DNA of 63,138 bases, the filler included, from Choristocarpus tenellus KU-1152 (Eukaryota; Protista; Phaeophyceae), in NCBI GenBank assembly GCA_964200185.2. It is 4 parts of 4 records of this genome, joined end to end, with 100 filler letters (N's around TTAATTAATTAA, not from the genome) between each part and the next. Parts side by side here need not be neighbours in the genome. Positions count along the whole stretch, not along the records: positions 1 to 27,680 come from CAXNAD020000141.1; 3 more parts are not named here. One strand, given 5' to 3'. The position numbers were made by a program, and so were the translations under genes. Positions within the stretch are counted from its first letter, which is position 1. Each line of letters starts with the position of its first letter. The notes below the pieces were generated by a model. It made no database searches, had not been told where the DNA came from, and saw nothing but the letters and a program-made list of their open reading frames with translations. This document shows positions 11,381 to 25,218 of the stretch, one piece after another.

Positions 11381-14300
11381 ATGAATGTGACACAGTATGC
11401 ACGTAACACAGTACACAGGTCGAAGATGCCTACAACTCATATCATCTGCATACCTTGAAAAATGTCAGCCCACACAACTTCATCCTTGCGCCAAGCTCAT
11501 TAGACTAAGAAAGGGCACAATGCCATGCATCACTGGTATAATGTATACCACTAGAATTCCACTACAAGTGTCATAGTCCATACAAATCACACCCGACCAC
11601 ACTCCATGCCACAAGCACAGTCACAGCAACTTAAGCCTCAGACCCCACCTCACAACACAAACTACTCTCCACAAAGGAGAGCCGAATGTGTAAGGCTTCA
11701 TACCATACATTGTGCCAATAACACGTCTGGAACCCACTGTATAAAGATCCTACTTTCGGACCCTCACACTCAAAAGTCAGCCAGTGTTGACAGTATTGTC
11801 TCGAAATCCTTGCCCCATACATCGTAACAATTACCGTTAGTGAGGAGCTCATTGAGGGAGAAACCAGGGCAGTTCTGAGAATGGCAGTTGCAGAGGCTGT
11901 GCAAGGTCTTGGGACAACATGGGGGAACAATGGGGGCGAGAACAACAACAGGGATCAAGAGGTTAGAGTGTTACATATTTGTCATCTGAGCACACGTGGA
12001 ATACTGGTTGCAGTTATGGTGTTGAAAATATGTGGTGGTTCTATGCTCGATTGCTTGCATCCTTGAACAATAATTTCTCATATTGCAATATTTCAATGCA
12101 TGTGTGAAAAAAAACGCTTGATCCTACAATCTCCTGTCACGCCTCCCTGGAAAGTCGTCCAGCAAAGGCCTTGATGCATCAAAATCGCCCCCACCAGATT
12201 TAGTGCACTCTGAAAACTGAGACTGTTGCTGTAGAGCTCTTTGATTGTGAGTATCAATCGCCCTGCATAATATATCTGGCATCCAATCAGTAGCTGTTGT
12301 ATATAAACCTGCACCTCAAGTTTTTTTTTCTTGCCGAAAAAGTGATTGATCGTTCTGGGAGGGCAGATCTTGATTAATCAGTTCCTACTGCTCATTGATC
12401 AACTTGGTCTAGGTTAGAGGGCAGCTTGCCAAACCAATACCTCACAAAGGACAGAGCTGCTGCAGCTTTGTACTCCAAGAATCTTAGGGTAATCAGATCA
12501 GCTAGCACCCAAGATTTAAAAAAGTATTCCCACGTAGCACCACCTCCGAAAGCAATGAAGGGGCAAGCTTTCAGAGGCTCTAGGAGTATTGAGGGCGAGG
12601 GATGTAAAGAATGAAGTCGGTGAAAGCCAAGAGGTACAAAAGGAAGGAGCAGATCGCTTGGAGGGAGAGCTTGATTTACCATCCTCCCAATATAGTCATA
12701 AATATTCCTAAAATTATAGATTGAAGTGATGGAGAAAGTTGCACTATGAGTATGTGAAATACACTGAACCTAGCCTTTAGAGCTCTAGAAAATCTATTCT
12801 ATTGAACAAAATGATTATATTCACACCGTGGTCTCCTTTCCTCAATATTGATATTACCAGTTGTCAAGAAACAAGAGAACACCCCTACACCCCTGCCACT
12901 CTCCTACTCCCTAATAATGTCAGGAGGAAATATTCCAACTTCTTCATCGCATTGCAACGGATTCTATTGTCAGCGTCCGGCTTGCTGCCCTTGCTGCAGT
13001 TGGCAAGGTGTGGATACATTATGATACACGAATTTCACGGACCACTCACTGCCCCAATATAGATCATTTCGTGTACTGATGTTGTGGAAATTAATTAAGA
13101 ACATTAATATGGAAACCCCGCTCAAAACGTTTGCAGGGATAAGCATTTATTACTATGCTATGGTGTTTGCCATCGTTGTTTCATTGTGAGTGGAAATTGG
13201 ATACTTGTCAATTTAACCATTGTGATTTAAATTTTGGACCTTCGTGTTGATGGCAGATATTTCCCCTTGACAGTGGTCAAGCTGGAATGCTTCTTCTGGA
13301 AAGATGCCTTGATGTTTCTTCCAAGGCAAGTAAACCTGTTCCTCTGCTAACCACACGCATTCAAAGAGAAACTTATTGATGGCGTGGGATAAATTGTGCC
13401 GAGAGTATTGCCTATACGTATAGCTCATTTCTCGGTATATCACAAATACCCCTCACATGACTACACATAAGGAAAAAATCTAGACTACCACAAACACCAC
13501 AACTCTATAGTTCTACACACTCTTAGTGATGCCATTTCTACGCAGTAGCTTGGATCAGACTGCAAACCAAATTAAAACAATTGGGTCTCTTCGCTCGCCC
13601 GATTTTAAATCGCAGAGCTCTACTTTTTTCCAGGGCAATATCTGTTTTTATGTGCTGAGACTGCTGTTAAAACTGCTGAACGTTCTGTTACCACCCAGCT
13701 GATCTGCTGGTGGATCATTGATTATCTTGTTACTACTAGTCCACGGCATCCTATACACAACACAACTGTTTATTATTGGTCCCTGTATCTAATACTGTCT
13801 ACGAAAACATGGGTAAATTTCACGTTCTGCTCGCAATACTTGGTGAGCATCAGGATGGGCAAAGTTCACCCTAATTTAATCTTCATGTATCAATGATCTA
13901 TCAACCCTTGATATTTCAAATCCGCAAGGTACGGAAACAGGCAGTACGTTTGCTTGTGGATGAGTTCGGTATAGGAACAGGAGCAGTACAAGGCATTCTG
14001 GCCTCAGCAGGCGGTGGGAAGAAGAATTTCTACGGCAGGGGGGAAGGATCTCCAAGCATCCTGTCTAGGCTGCTATGCCACTGGGATCTATTGGAAGAAA
14101 CTGACAGCAAAAGGCACGTGCCTGTACGTGTATGCTATTGACTCTGTTCCTCTTACACTTATCAACCACTTTCACCATGTTCCCTGAAGTCAGTACGACT
14201 TTCACATTCAAGAATTCCTACCTCCTTGTGAAGCAGAGTACAATCGGGCTTCGATTAGTGGGCAATACACCATGACTAAGAATGAAACTGTTTACGGTAC

Positions 14301-16726
14301 ATGTGGAATTCGATTTTCCCCCTTGCCCAACTCCAATTTCTTACAGGGCGGAAATCGGAATTTTTCCAGGCAAGTGAACGAGCCACCTACGAAACACCTT
14401 CAATTAAAATACTGCTATGAATATGGGAAATTGTATTATTTGAAGTTGCTGGTCCCATATGCAGGGATAGGCTTTGAATTAATATCTTTAGCACCTAGAA
14501 AAGACAAAGCATGTGTACGAGTGTGTCAAGGGATCAGGCTACAGCATTGAGGATATGATAATGAGGAAAAAGATTAAGGTTTTTCAGCACTCTTCTTGTC
14601 GAATGATTGATAGCATTTCAATTATCATCGGTATATAATCCCCTTGTGATGCCAATATTGAGGTGAGGGATGGTATAGGACGAATGCAACCTATGACTTT
14701 ATGTGACGTATAGACCATATTTTGAAACTGCTTTGGTTTGTATCTTACTTTCTGTATCGTATCACCCCATCCATTTTTCATGACCTCCATAGTTTTAATC
14801 TTCTGCCTCTGCTGTTGACATTTAGTTCATCCTTTCTCCCTCAAATCTATCGCACACTGCCCTAGAATGGACCTTATGTTGGATTTCCTCATGACCAAAC
14901 CAGAGCAGCATATTCAAATCAGTGGCATCTGGTATACGTCTTTTTTAGTCAAGATAAAGACCTCTAAGCAAAACTGGGTATGCACAATGAAGTTTAACTA
15001 TGATGCAGATGCTCCGAGACACTCTGCATGTGTTTTGGAGCCAATGCCTTCGATCCTCTCGCACTTGTAGGTGGAAACTAGGTCATCTGCTTTCCTCTCC
15101 AAATCTATTCAATAGGTTGTTACTGAAAGTACACTTTTTTTCAGCACAGGCATTTCCTTTTTACCAGGTTCCCCTTTCTCCTGAATAGCATTGTAGCTTC
15201 CATCCTGAAGAGAAAAGCTGGATTCGGCGACAGGTCAGATTCGGGGAGAGGGTCGACATGGAAAATTGACAATCATGGGGGATTGGGTCACTCAAATTCA
15301 ACTGATATCCAGACTACGTCCAACAGTCAGAGTCAGTGGCAAGGCACTTTCTTGGAAGGTGTGGGTAAGCCAGGAGTGGGATTTCTATCCTTGTGGGATT
15401 CCCACAATCAACCTGGGGGTGAATGTGAGGGGGTCATGGAGGCTGCAGTGCGTTTGACTGACTTATGTATGGTGTCAGATCCTCGACAGTACCAGGCAAT
15501 CAGCAATATCCTTGAAAGTCTATGCCAAGGAAATCAAAATCAAGAGTAGCTGGGAATTCAGTTGATTGGTGGCTTGAAGGTGAAACGGTGATTCGAGTTT
15601 AGTTGATCATAAAACAGCTCATTATTTTTTTCTCGTACTGTTGATATGTGGTCGCACAAATCTACACATACATAGATGTATTTTGCTTGTCCAGTAGTAT
15701 GCAGCAATAGATGAGTTGTGGGTAGATGGGAAGTATAACCCCTGCCTGTTATCGCTGGTCATGTGGCAGCACTGATATACCTGAGGTTTTTTATGTTGTC
15801 TAGAGGTGGTACTGTTGATGAGTCAGTAGTTGGATTGTATCGTGTCTGTAGATCTGCACTGCATTCAAAACTAATATTACAGACCTCCTAGGTCGTAAAA
15901 CGCCACAGTACAGTTCTCAACTTTGATTGACAGCAAGGATAATATTTTCCATACTCAACATCTCCATTTTGTACTTCACATCAAAATAATATTCACTTCT
16001 GGCTTGCAAGCCAGTGAGTGTTGTCATCCTTGTGCCTTAAAGCACGGTAGAGCCTACTTAAAAACATAACGAACTCCTCCCACACAATTATGAAAATCAG
16101 TTTTGGGGGGGGTGAACAATAGGAACTTCCGACACCTATTAATGAATGTATACCTGTACAAACATCACAGAGGAAAACATCAAAATACTTCTTCTCGTCA
16201 AAGGAGATTTTAGTGAATATTCTTGTCAAAAACCAAAAACAAGCGACTTGTGGAAAAACGAATATGTGTACTATATTTACAAGCAATACCACGCGTTTGA
16301 ATTTCGTGCAGGCAATTATGTACTCACCTACTACATTAAAAAATAAGCGTAGTACTAGTGGCATTGTCAGTCAGAGAATATAATGAAACCTTCAATGATA
16401 ATGTGTTTTCCAACATACTGAAAAAATACTTTTAGATCCGTTGTTGAGATTATTGGGAAGTAGGTGAGGTACATTCCCCCATTCTTAAGGACACCCGTTT
16501 TACCAGGTTTTATTGGTGTAGGCGGTTGCGACTGTACTTCATCCTAATGACGACAAATAACTAAAAAGCTCTTCTCTTCAACACTTAGCCAATGGAATAC
16601 CCAAATGTGAAGGTCTGGTGACAGCCTCAATCTAGTACTTCGTTCAGCGTTCTAAATGAGTGCATTAACCTACGAATTGTGATACAAGTTTAAGTTGCTA
16701 GTATAATACACTTCGGTGTACACTAC

Positions 16727-17010
16727 TTGCTAAAGTATCGCCCACCCATCAGGGAGGGAGATGAACTATCAGAGGATGGCCCTTTTGGGGAAGCGGTTGG
16801 GGGGTTAATTTGGGTCAGCAACCTGGACTTGACAAACGTACTGAGAGCTACAGTCCGTTATTCCCATGCTGCGAACAATGTACACCGGAGAGTTGTCAAC
16901 CAGATTCGAGACACCTCAAAAGAGATGTGGGAGTTAGCCCTGACAAACAAAAAAGGACCAGGGCTGGAGTGGTGTTCGCTGCCAATGCACAGCTAAGAAT
17001 CGCCCACTGA
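16727..17010 (+). mobile_element. Degenerate Ty1/Copia reverse transcriptase C-terminus / RNase H junction fragment
   Basis: PFGEAVGGLIWVSNLDLTNVLRATVRYSH...HRRVV and, after a frameshift, VVFAANA resemble Copia PYREAVGSLM(W/Y)...RPDIA.AV...H...VF.DAD. Confidence 0.7.
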
Positions 17011-17927
17011 TGTAATGCCCATTGAACTAGCAGAGATCTTGAACAACGCCTCATGAATATGGCCACAAGGACAATGGAACAGGTTGATATCGACCTCTGT
17101 GTGGGAAGCATGAGGTGAAGATAAGGGAGCTATCGTGAACTTCAACTGAAGTTCAACATATTTAACTCATTGCGACGACTTTTTTTTATTGTGGGGGGCA
17201 TAGTCGCAACCAGGTTCTCTGATGGAGAGACTAGCATGCACCATTAAATTTCGACATTGCATTGGCTGCGCCAGAGCATCCAACCATTCTGCGCCCAAAT
17301 CCGCTGCAATTTGATAAGAAAAGAGGTTAAATCCGAGATCTAGTAGACGAGTCATTGTCTCGGAAGGGAACTGATCCACGTCTACAAGTAGTGTCCCAGC
17401 ATGGAAGAAAGACTATCTACATCCATGCGGAAATTCCGGTTCACTATGAATGGGCTATCATCCTCCATAGTGCAAGGGATGCTCATTCCCTTGCAGAATT
17501 TACCTAGATATTTAACCATTGGCGTGTGCTCGCTCACTCCTTCCCCTGCCCTAGAAAGGTAAGAGCATGTTGAGTGTCGACAATATGCCTTTTGGACCTA
17601 GCCACTCTTGTGGTTGATTTGGAAATTTTTGGAAGACTACCTATTGAATGAGAGTCACTCATGATGACCTCAAAGAAGCAAGAGTCACTCAATAAGGTCT
17701 CAAAGAGATCATTATCGCTAGAGAGGACATAAAGTAGAAAAAAATCAAGGAGGATCTGAGCACAACTGAAACCAAGATTTCATTTTCGTTATGAAAAGAG
17801 GTGAAAGAGTACATGTGTGCAGATTCTGACTGGAGATGGGACAATGAGTCCATGGATGACCAGCATCAATCAATCAATATGACTACTCCTGTCAACGAGA
17901 GTTTCCACAATAGGTGTGGGAGTGGAG

Positions 17928-20900
17928 ATGTTCTCTCATTCAAAAATCGGAAAGCCTTTTGTGAAGTGTAGTAGTTGTGGAACTGTCGATCTGAGATATG
18001 CCACTGGAGGTGTCTCTCGACCTCCACAAACCAAAGGAATATGGCGGAAAATTCGTCATGTTGATACGGGTATTGTAGATATACGGGACAATACAATAGA
18101 GATAGGATAGAGACATACACTATTGATGACTTAACATTGCAATGAAGTACACAGGACCTGGAATGCCTGAAGCTAAAGCGAATATATCGATGAAGCGTCC
18201 TTTGGTTGGAAATATTATACCATCGGATGCTATACATCATGGCAAGCGATCGCGATCTAAGACAGTTTCCTGGGCTGCTGTGGAGTTACTGGAAGAGGTG
18301 AACGAGTCTGGAGTTTTGCAAGGGATGTCCTGTCCATACCCCCCACCTCCTTTCTCGCTTGAGAATGCACAATGTAGTATGGATATATGATATTTTCGCA
18401 TTTAGCAATTGCTAAGGCTGCGGAATACCCCAGCTCTAATATTGTATGTCGAGGTAATGTAAGCCCATACTTCGACTTGCAGTTACGACGGGTTCGTGGA
18501 TTGCCTTTGGTCTTGCATATGATCACCTCATGGGAGTATGTAAAGGCAGGATGGCGAATGTGTGGGAGAGGAGGGATATAATTTGATATGGGAGACATTT
18601 GTGCAAGTAAATGAAATCTGTTGATGGAGAAAGGCTCGGTTATGTACTCATACTGTTAGCCTTATAGCCTTTAGGCATCGCAGCAACAAAGCACACCCAA
18701 CCTACGCCGCCAATAAGCCCCAATGCTCGTCCCTCACAACCCCCCCCCCCCACGTGGCCTACAATTATTCCTCTTCAATCCAAGTCTGACCCCGAACAAT
18801 ACCTACGCCAGTGGTTTCTGTCTGTGAAGCAACGAGACCTATAGTACGTCGCTCAACTCAGCAACCCTCGCGGGCTGTTTGACTCATCTCTTTGGCAGGT
18901 GAAAATTTTCCAGTCCACCAAGCCTGTCAATCCATCCATCCCACCCCCTCCCGATGACGCTCTCCCTATAGAGGAACCATCCGTTTCCTCGCCGGAGAAC
19001 AAAAACTGGTGGGGAGAGGTCACCTTCCAATCAGAGGCATCGCCATTGTCTTTATCGTCACCACCCACCTCCCCAGCTATCACCGACGTTGACAACATAT
19101 TTGGCGGCAGTAATGATGGCCAGGGTAAAAGATCGCCGAGGGCTGGGAGTGGCAGCGGGGTATACAAGGGCTTTCAGGCGGTGGAGACAGTAGTGCGGCG
19201 GAGAAAACTGGGGACACCTCCACCTCCACCTCCATCCCCACACCAGTCAGAATCGGCACCTGAAGGGGACGTCCAGGCTCATCACCACAGGTGGAGAGTT
19301 CTCCTTGAACCAGTAGGTTATTTTGTTATGATAAACTTTCTTTGTCTCCACAAAGTTGTTTGGATGGCTACAGGTCAGAGTAGATGTATATTGGATTGCC
19401 GGCACCTGTATCTTCTCCTGTATGTAGAGCACCATTGAGCCTTTTGGTGTGGTTATCTTAATCTGGTTCTTACAATTATGTAAATTCTGAGGGTGCAGTA
19501 ACATAAAGCCCTCTCTTTTGTTTTCAATTGAACAACCAGTGCTTGTTAGATGCCAATTTTTGTTAAATCTAAGTAAGATCCTGCTGCAAGATAGCGAAAA
19601 AAATTACAACACGGACATGCAGTGGCAGTTTCATGCAACTACTGAGCTTCACTTACAATTACCATGGGTCACATTTCTGCAATTTGCTCAAATCCAGCTT
19701 GTTCAACACCTGCAATTGCATGTTCTGAAGTTTGATGCTTCTGCAGCATTTCCCTGATGATAGTATATTTTTCAGTGATATTTACTTCCCTTTCCATTTT
19801 GTTCCATGTAAGACCCTCCTCAATAATCCTGACATAATTGGAAACTATGTGGAATCGCTATTTTTAGGTATCCAAAGGATGTGTGGCCTAGGGCAAGACA
19901 TCCAGGAAACACCAAGGATGACAATGAGGTAGAGGTAAGACAGATTTGGAGAGTAATGTCAATGACATGGTGTGGTGGGTTCACCCTTTGAAAGGAAACT
20001 ATCAAGAGAGAGCTGAGAGAGATAAAGAGAGGCAGCTACCTTTATGGGACCCACTGCATTCCAAAATGAATCAATGTGTCCTCTGGAGCCTAGCACAACT
20101 GACCCGGAACCATCAACAACTACTGTGTGCCATGTTTTCACTGAGACGCCCAGCCATATGCCGTGCTACTGCCTTCTGTCTCACTGCAACAATTGCCCAC
20201 CTTCCCTTTGTGGTATGGTGCATATGTTGGGGAGGTAGTTGTGCCAAGGTTGCAGGTCTTGACATTATCCAGTTTGAATAGTAATACGCTCACCTATTTT
20301 TTTTTTAGAAGTGTTGCTGCGCTGTAGCAGTATGTATTCTCCCTTGTAACCACCCTCTCTCCTATGTCCTCAACTTGGGCATGATTTGGGGGTACGTGGG
20401 CATGACTGCAATGAATCAGGACGATGGAGAGGTTTATTCAGGGGAGGGGAGGGGCAATGATGCTGGGGGGGAGAGAGAGGAAGAAATGGAGTTCTTTTGT
20501 GATGAATGTGATGCAACAGTACCATCTGGAGAAGCAAGGTTTGAATGTGCAAAGTGCCCGGATGAGTACTGTGTCTGCCGGGAGTGCTACGATGAGGCAG
20601 AGGTGGGCAGGGAATAACGAGCTGGGGGAGTTAAGCATTGAATTATGTTTTATACTTAGAAGTGAGATATTTGTATTACATTAGGTAATAAAGGTGATTT
20701 ATTGCTATTACGAAGGAGTGATGGCATAAATCATGCATGCAAACTTGGACAGAGAGTGCAGAGGTGCTCTCGTTCAGTATGTTCTGCTATCAAAATTGTG
20801 TTAGGATGCACCGGTGCAGCAGACATGAACAGAAGAAACAGATGTGAGCCAATGAAGACTCCTACTAGTGGATTTGAGTCAATAGGAACAACTACTCACC

Positions 20901-21920
20901 CTAGCCCTGACCCTACATTCCTACTCGATCTTGGCATTGCTCGGTATCATTCTTCCTGTAGCACTCCAGAGCATTGCATGCTGGAAGGAATGCATAAGCT
21001 AATATGTCTCTTGATTTTATTGAAATGTTCTGATTCAGGAGTGTGGTTAGAATGGTATGAGGGACTTCTTTGCAGTTGAGGTTTTGGTGACTTGGGTGGC
21101 TTGGGTGACTTATTGGGATGTTATGTAGTAGATCACAGCAGGGACCAAGAGACGGGTAGGGGTAAGGAGGTGTTGTGTGGCAGTGTTTCAAACAGAGGAT
21201 GATTAGTCTGCAAGTCCATCAACTTTTGAAGTGAAATCGGTAGATTTGTGCAGAGTGAGATGCAAAAGTTGGTTGGTGGGTAATGGGTCAGTATGATATG
21301 AGTTATTTTTGCTTGTTACACTGTTAGTTGGTGTAAGGTATTCTTGCAACACTGTTATTATGCTGTCCTCCCAAAACAAACGCCTGAACAGTTTCATATC
21401 GTTATATTGAGTGCAGAAGTTAAGTGCGGGGTAGGGCATGATCAACCATGTACTTGAAAAATGTGAAAATGTGATCGCCTGCGGCAATCCCTCTTAAGAC
21501 TTTTGCAGCAGATGTGGTGTGGTGATACAAGAGAGTAATGGTGACTGATGTTTTTTTTGTACAGTTTGTCATGATCATTTGTCATGATCACTGTGCGAAA
21601 TGCCTGTACATGTGTCTTTTGTGCATGTGTGTGGTAGAGACAGTTGCACCAATAAAATGTTGAAGCGTACTTATTCAGTTGGTGTTGAGTCGATACATAT
21701 GTGTACATATTGAGGTGATTCTGTGGGCCATTGAAGGAGGAGAATTCTAAACCTTTCCTCTGTGCAGACCATTGACCTTCCTCTCTCCCTGCTCCCCAAA
21801 CTACAGGTTTTGGATAAGCAGCACGAGCATGAGCTAGTGCTCTCCACATCTCCTCTGCACATCACAAAGATGATTGAGGGAGCATCATCTAATGGGGAGG
21901 GTGGAGCAGACCCAGGATAA
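17928..21920 (+). CDS. Multi-exon hypothetical protein with a proline-rich middle and C-terminal ZZ-type zinc finger
   Basis: Phase-consistent GT-AG exons 17928-18069, 18155-18297, 18406-18453, 18899-19290, 19868-19934, 20420-20602, 21807-21920 (TAA). Spliced C-terminus FFCDECDATVPSGEARFECAKCPDEYCVCRECYDEAE|VLDKQHEHELV fits the ZZ C/H pattern. Start codon uncertain. Confidence 0.7.
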
Positions 21921-23039
21921 CATACCATCCCATACATTAGGAACGCCCCCTCAAACCCCACCATCAATATTCGCTGCTGTGTTTTTGTATTGATCAAGGC
22001 TCTGGGTGGCATTGTAATGTTTGCAGCATTTCGCTTTTGATGGAATGTGGTTTTGTTGGCTGGTTATAGTTATATACTGTTGTCTGTTGAAGAGAGACAG
22101 GGAGATGGGAAGTTGTAAGGCAGGTTGATGAGAGTGAAGTATTGCTACTGTGCATCAACCTCGTGTGTTGTGTGTGTGTGTGTTATGTGTGCGAAGCTCC
22201 TCATTTTGGAGCTTTTCTATTTTTATGTGAGTTGTTTACTTTTGTCATTTTGGGGGGGGGCTTACGTGTGGAAGTGTTGAGGAGTGGGTTCAACTGGACT
22301 GTGGTAGGATGGGTTGGACTCAGGGATGAGGGGCAATGTTTTTTTGGTGCACCTATTGTTGTAGAACAAGATTTTGCCAGTTGCTTATTCTGGGAGTGAA
22401 AAAATATGTTTTTCTTTTTGCGTTGGAAACTTGTCTGTGATCGACTGTTGTTCTAGTTGTGAGGGAGGAGAGAGGGCTCACTACCGAGTTCAGTAGTTTG
22501 GCTGTGAAGCATGGTTTAGTTGTGTTCAAAAGATATAGCTCTAGAGATGGTAGTGTGAAGTGACTAGGTTTGCGGCTGATGAAGATGATAAATTGATTGA
22601 TTGCTGAAGGAGGAATCATTTTTTTATCCGACTTCTGATTTCATAGTATGTACTGTTGTACTGCACAATGTTTATAGTGTACACCACAGAACAAGAGGTC
22701 GCACTGACTGGTTGGTGAGGTGCGAGGGGTGAGATAGATACCCTGCTGGTGATGGCAGTCTCTTTGTAATCTCTTGTTGTTCTTTCTTATTGCGAAATCG
22801 ATCATTTAAATAAAAAACTACGTAGTAAAGAGGACGACATTTTTTTACTTTGTTAGTGTGTTTTGTGCAAAGTGCCAATCAGGCGTTTATTTATACTGTG
22901 CTATAAATAGTTTATTTGTATTGCTCATAGATTCATTCTAAGGTTTTCCAATGACACCTACAGGTGTTACAGGAAGGAATAGAAAAACAAAGAACCAGCA
23001 CCTCTAGTAGCTGTGGGTCAAGTGCAAGTGTAACCTGGA

Positions 23040-24130
23040 TGCGGACCTGGCCCAGTGACTTGAAGTATTGACATAGGGTTGAGTCTGTGGTAGAACAAAG
23101 ACTCAGAACCTGGCCCTGTAGTATCAGGCCTGAAACAGGTTTGAGCCCAGACTAGCAATATGTATATATGTGAAGAACTAGACCTCGACCCAGCCCTGCA
23201 ATGTTGAACATGAACCCAGATGTATATCTGTGATGCGAGAAAGGTTCAAACTCCGTTCTGGGCCTGCCCTGTGGGCTCAGATATTGACCTCAACTCAGCA
23301 CTGTGACAGGAGGAGAAACTGTTCAGAATCCAACAAGTTTGTTTTGTCCATTTGATGTTCAAGGATGTATTTGGTTATACCCGCGAGAAGTTAGCGAAAT
23401 AAGCTGATAGTATGAAATACAGTACAGGAGTAGTACTCGATCCACTCTTGAAGCACATGGTTCAAAATAAGACCCTCAGGGCGAGATTTGTTTTCACAGG
23501 GCCGTTCCAGGGCCTTCCGAGAGTATAACCGAACCATACCGCAGCCCTGGTACCAGATAAAATATGTCTTGACACAGTCGGACCTGAGCCATTGAGATTG
23601 TAAACCGGACCAACCTGCGGCTTGGTCGGGGTAAATAATTTATTAGCAGGGCCGGACTGGGGTCAATTAGATTGTACCCAGACTGGCCAAGGGAGGCCCA
23701 CTACCGTGGTCCCTCTAGTCCACTCACTGGTTAACTGCTGGTTCCATGAAGAGCCTGGGCTGCAGTGAGGGATGTGGAAGGCACTCATCAATACTCAATA
23801 CCCAGAAAAATAGACTATTTATTTCTTAGGTTATGCTTCAACTACACTATAAATTCTGCTGTAGGAAAGCACCTAAATTTTCACCACACTTCGAGTAATC
23901 TGACTGAATTGCTGCAATAAATTACTATATGTGATGAACAGGACCAGTCCAGGGTCATCAGAGAGTATATAATCAGACCAGGTCACACACTGGGCCAGGA
24001 AAATATATCTGAACAGTGCAGGACCGTAGTGGATCTAATGAGATTGTAATCTGGATTGGGCCTCAGGTCGGCCTGGATGACCTGTGTGTAGCAGTCGGAC
24101 CTGGCCGCTGGCCTATCTGCAGTCCTGGTC
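23040..24130. repeat. Degenerate GGACC/GGCCC-motif repeat region with an internal ~190-bp dispersed duplication
   Basis: Recurrent GACCTGGCCC-like motifs; ~23500-23665 and ~23941-24110 align (TCCAGGG...GAGAGTATA...AAAATAT.TCT...TGAGATTGTAA). No ORF. Confidence 0.55.
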
Positions 24131-24958
24131 CCAACAATTGATATGGTTTTAATTGCAGGTCCGATGACAAATTCTGATTTATTGAGCCTGTCCTTGCAAG
24201 TTAGAAGCTGACATTAGATTATTTTTTCTATTTTAGATTGTCCCACCACTGCCTTTGCAGACGATGTGGAGCCAGACATTTCCTCAACCCCTTAACATAA
24301 AAAAAACTGAGCACTATGGCGGAAAGAGTATGCCTATGAATCAACTTCGGACTAAGCAAATACTGTTCCCCTCAAAGTCCATATTTCTCTAACACTGTCA
24401 ATATAAATGCGGAGAGATATATTGCAACAGGTCATCGGTGCCAATGTTGAGTTCACACTCCAAGAATAATAATACAACAAGGGATTGAAACAGGACCCAA
24501 ACGATTGGTAGTAACCAGATCCCCATAGTGGTAGTAATTATACATTCAGAAAGAACCCTATCTGTGACCCATATGTATATACTTCGAAGTGTGTGTGTAT
24601 TACTTGGGAGACCTGGCTATTTCCGCATCACATGGGTCCTGTTTGACTCTTTGAAGCAATAAATACTAGTATAAATAGGATTGAATTGATTCTTGTGAGT
24701 GCTGATTCACAAGTACTGCTACTATATCCTAGAGTCTAATATGTGCTTGAGAGTATAGATGGGGAACCCTTTTTAGGAATGATAAAATAATTGATGTCAT
24801 TTTGGGTTTGCCACAAGCATCTTTCTCGATTTCGATCTTATTATGTATGCCATGTTTTTGGGGATACTGGGCAGGTATGTCGTAAGGTGGACAGACATGC
24901 CATGCCAAGGGTAGTCAGAACATTGTTTGTGGTTATAGACAACTAGGCAGTGCCCTTA

Positions 24959-25218
24959 GAGTGAGAGTAACTTAGAGGGTACGAATTTTTTCCTTTTTGT
25001 CCATTTGGGGCTTGGCTTCTCAAGGGTTTTTATGACGTTTTACTACTCCTAAATGTTTAGGAGTAGGTAAAATGTTTAAGTTGTGAAAAAGTGTTTGCAG
25101 AACATGGTTATTTTGACACTTCCTAATAAACACGATAGCCAAAAATACATCCAAATCGCAACATTAGATTTTGGCCCCCAAATGGACGCGGCTCTACCCT
25201 CTAAGATACTTGGGGTCC
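24959..25218. mobile_element. MITE family B, copy 2 (inverted relative to copy 1)
   Basis: TIRs GAGTGAGAGTAACTTAGAGGGTA / TACCCTCTAAGATACTTGGGGTCC; TSD TTA. Confidence 0.8.

Larger units (their letters stand above)
1090..15549 (+). pseudogene. Large multi-exon HEAT-repeat protein gene (cohesin/condensin HAWK-like HEAT pair), probably disrupted
   Basis: Approximate exons: 1090-1371, 1495-1571, 1682-1798, 2389-2568, 3505-3645, 4799-4936, 5724-6145, 6664-6848, 7078-7113, ~7982-8155, ~8550-8663, ~9582-9794, ~11841-11961, ~12413-12488, ~12923-13007, ~13257-13325, 13929-~14125, ~15189-15549. Most joins are phase-consistent. The spliced product contains IATDSIVSVRLAALAAVGKIFPLDSGQAGMLLLERCLDVSSKVRKQAVRLLVD. 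Apparent lesions: 1-nt phase mismatch at exon 2/3, lost acceptor at ~7980, in-frame TGA at ~9694. Confidence 0.6.

Noticed and set aside
17167-17379. Minus-strand 70-codon frame as the terminal exon of another gene
   Set aside because: No upstream exons or recognisable domain.
17650-17710. Two ~30-bp repeats (AGAGTCACTCA...CTCAAAGA) and the 10-bp CATGGTCCGT-like repeats near 31870-31930 as CRISPR-like arrays
   Set aside because: Few, degenerate, no spacers, no cas genes, eukaryotic context.
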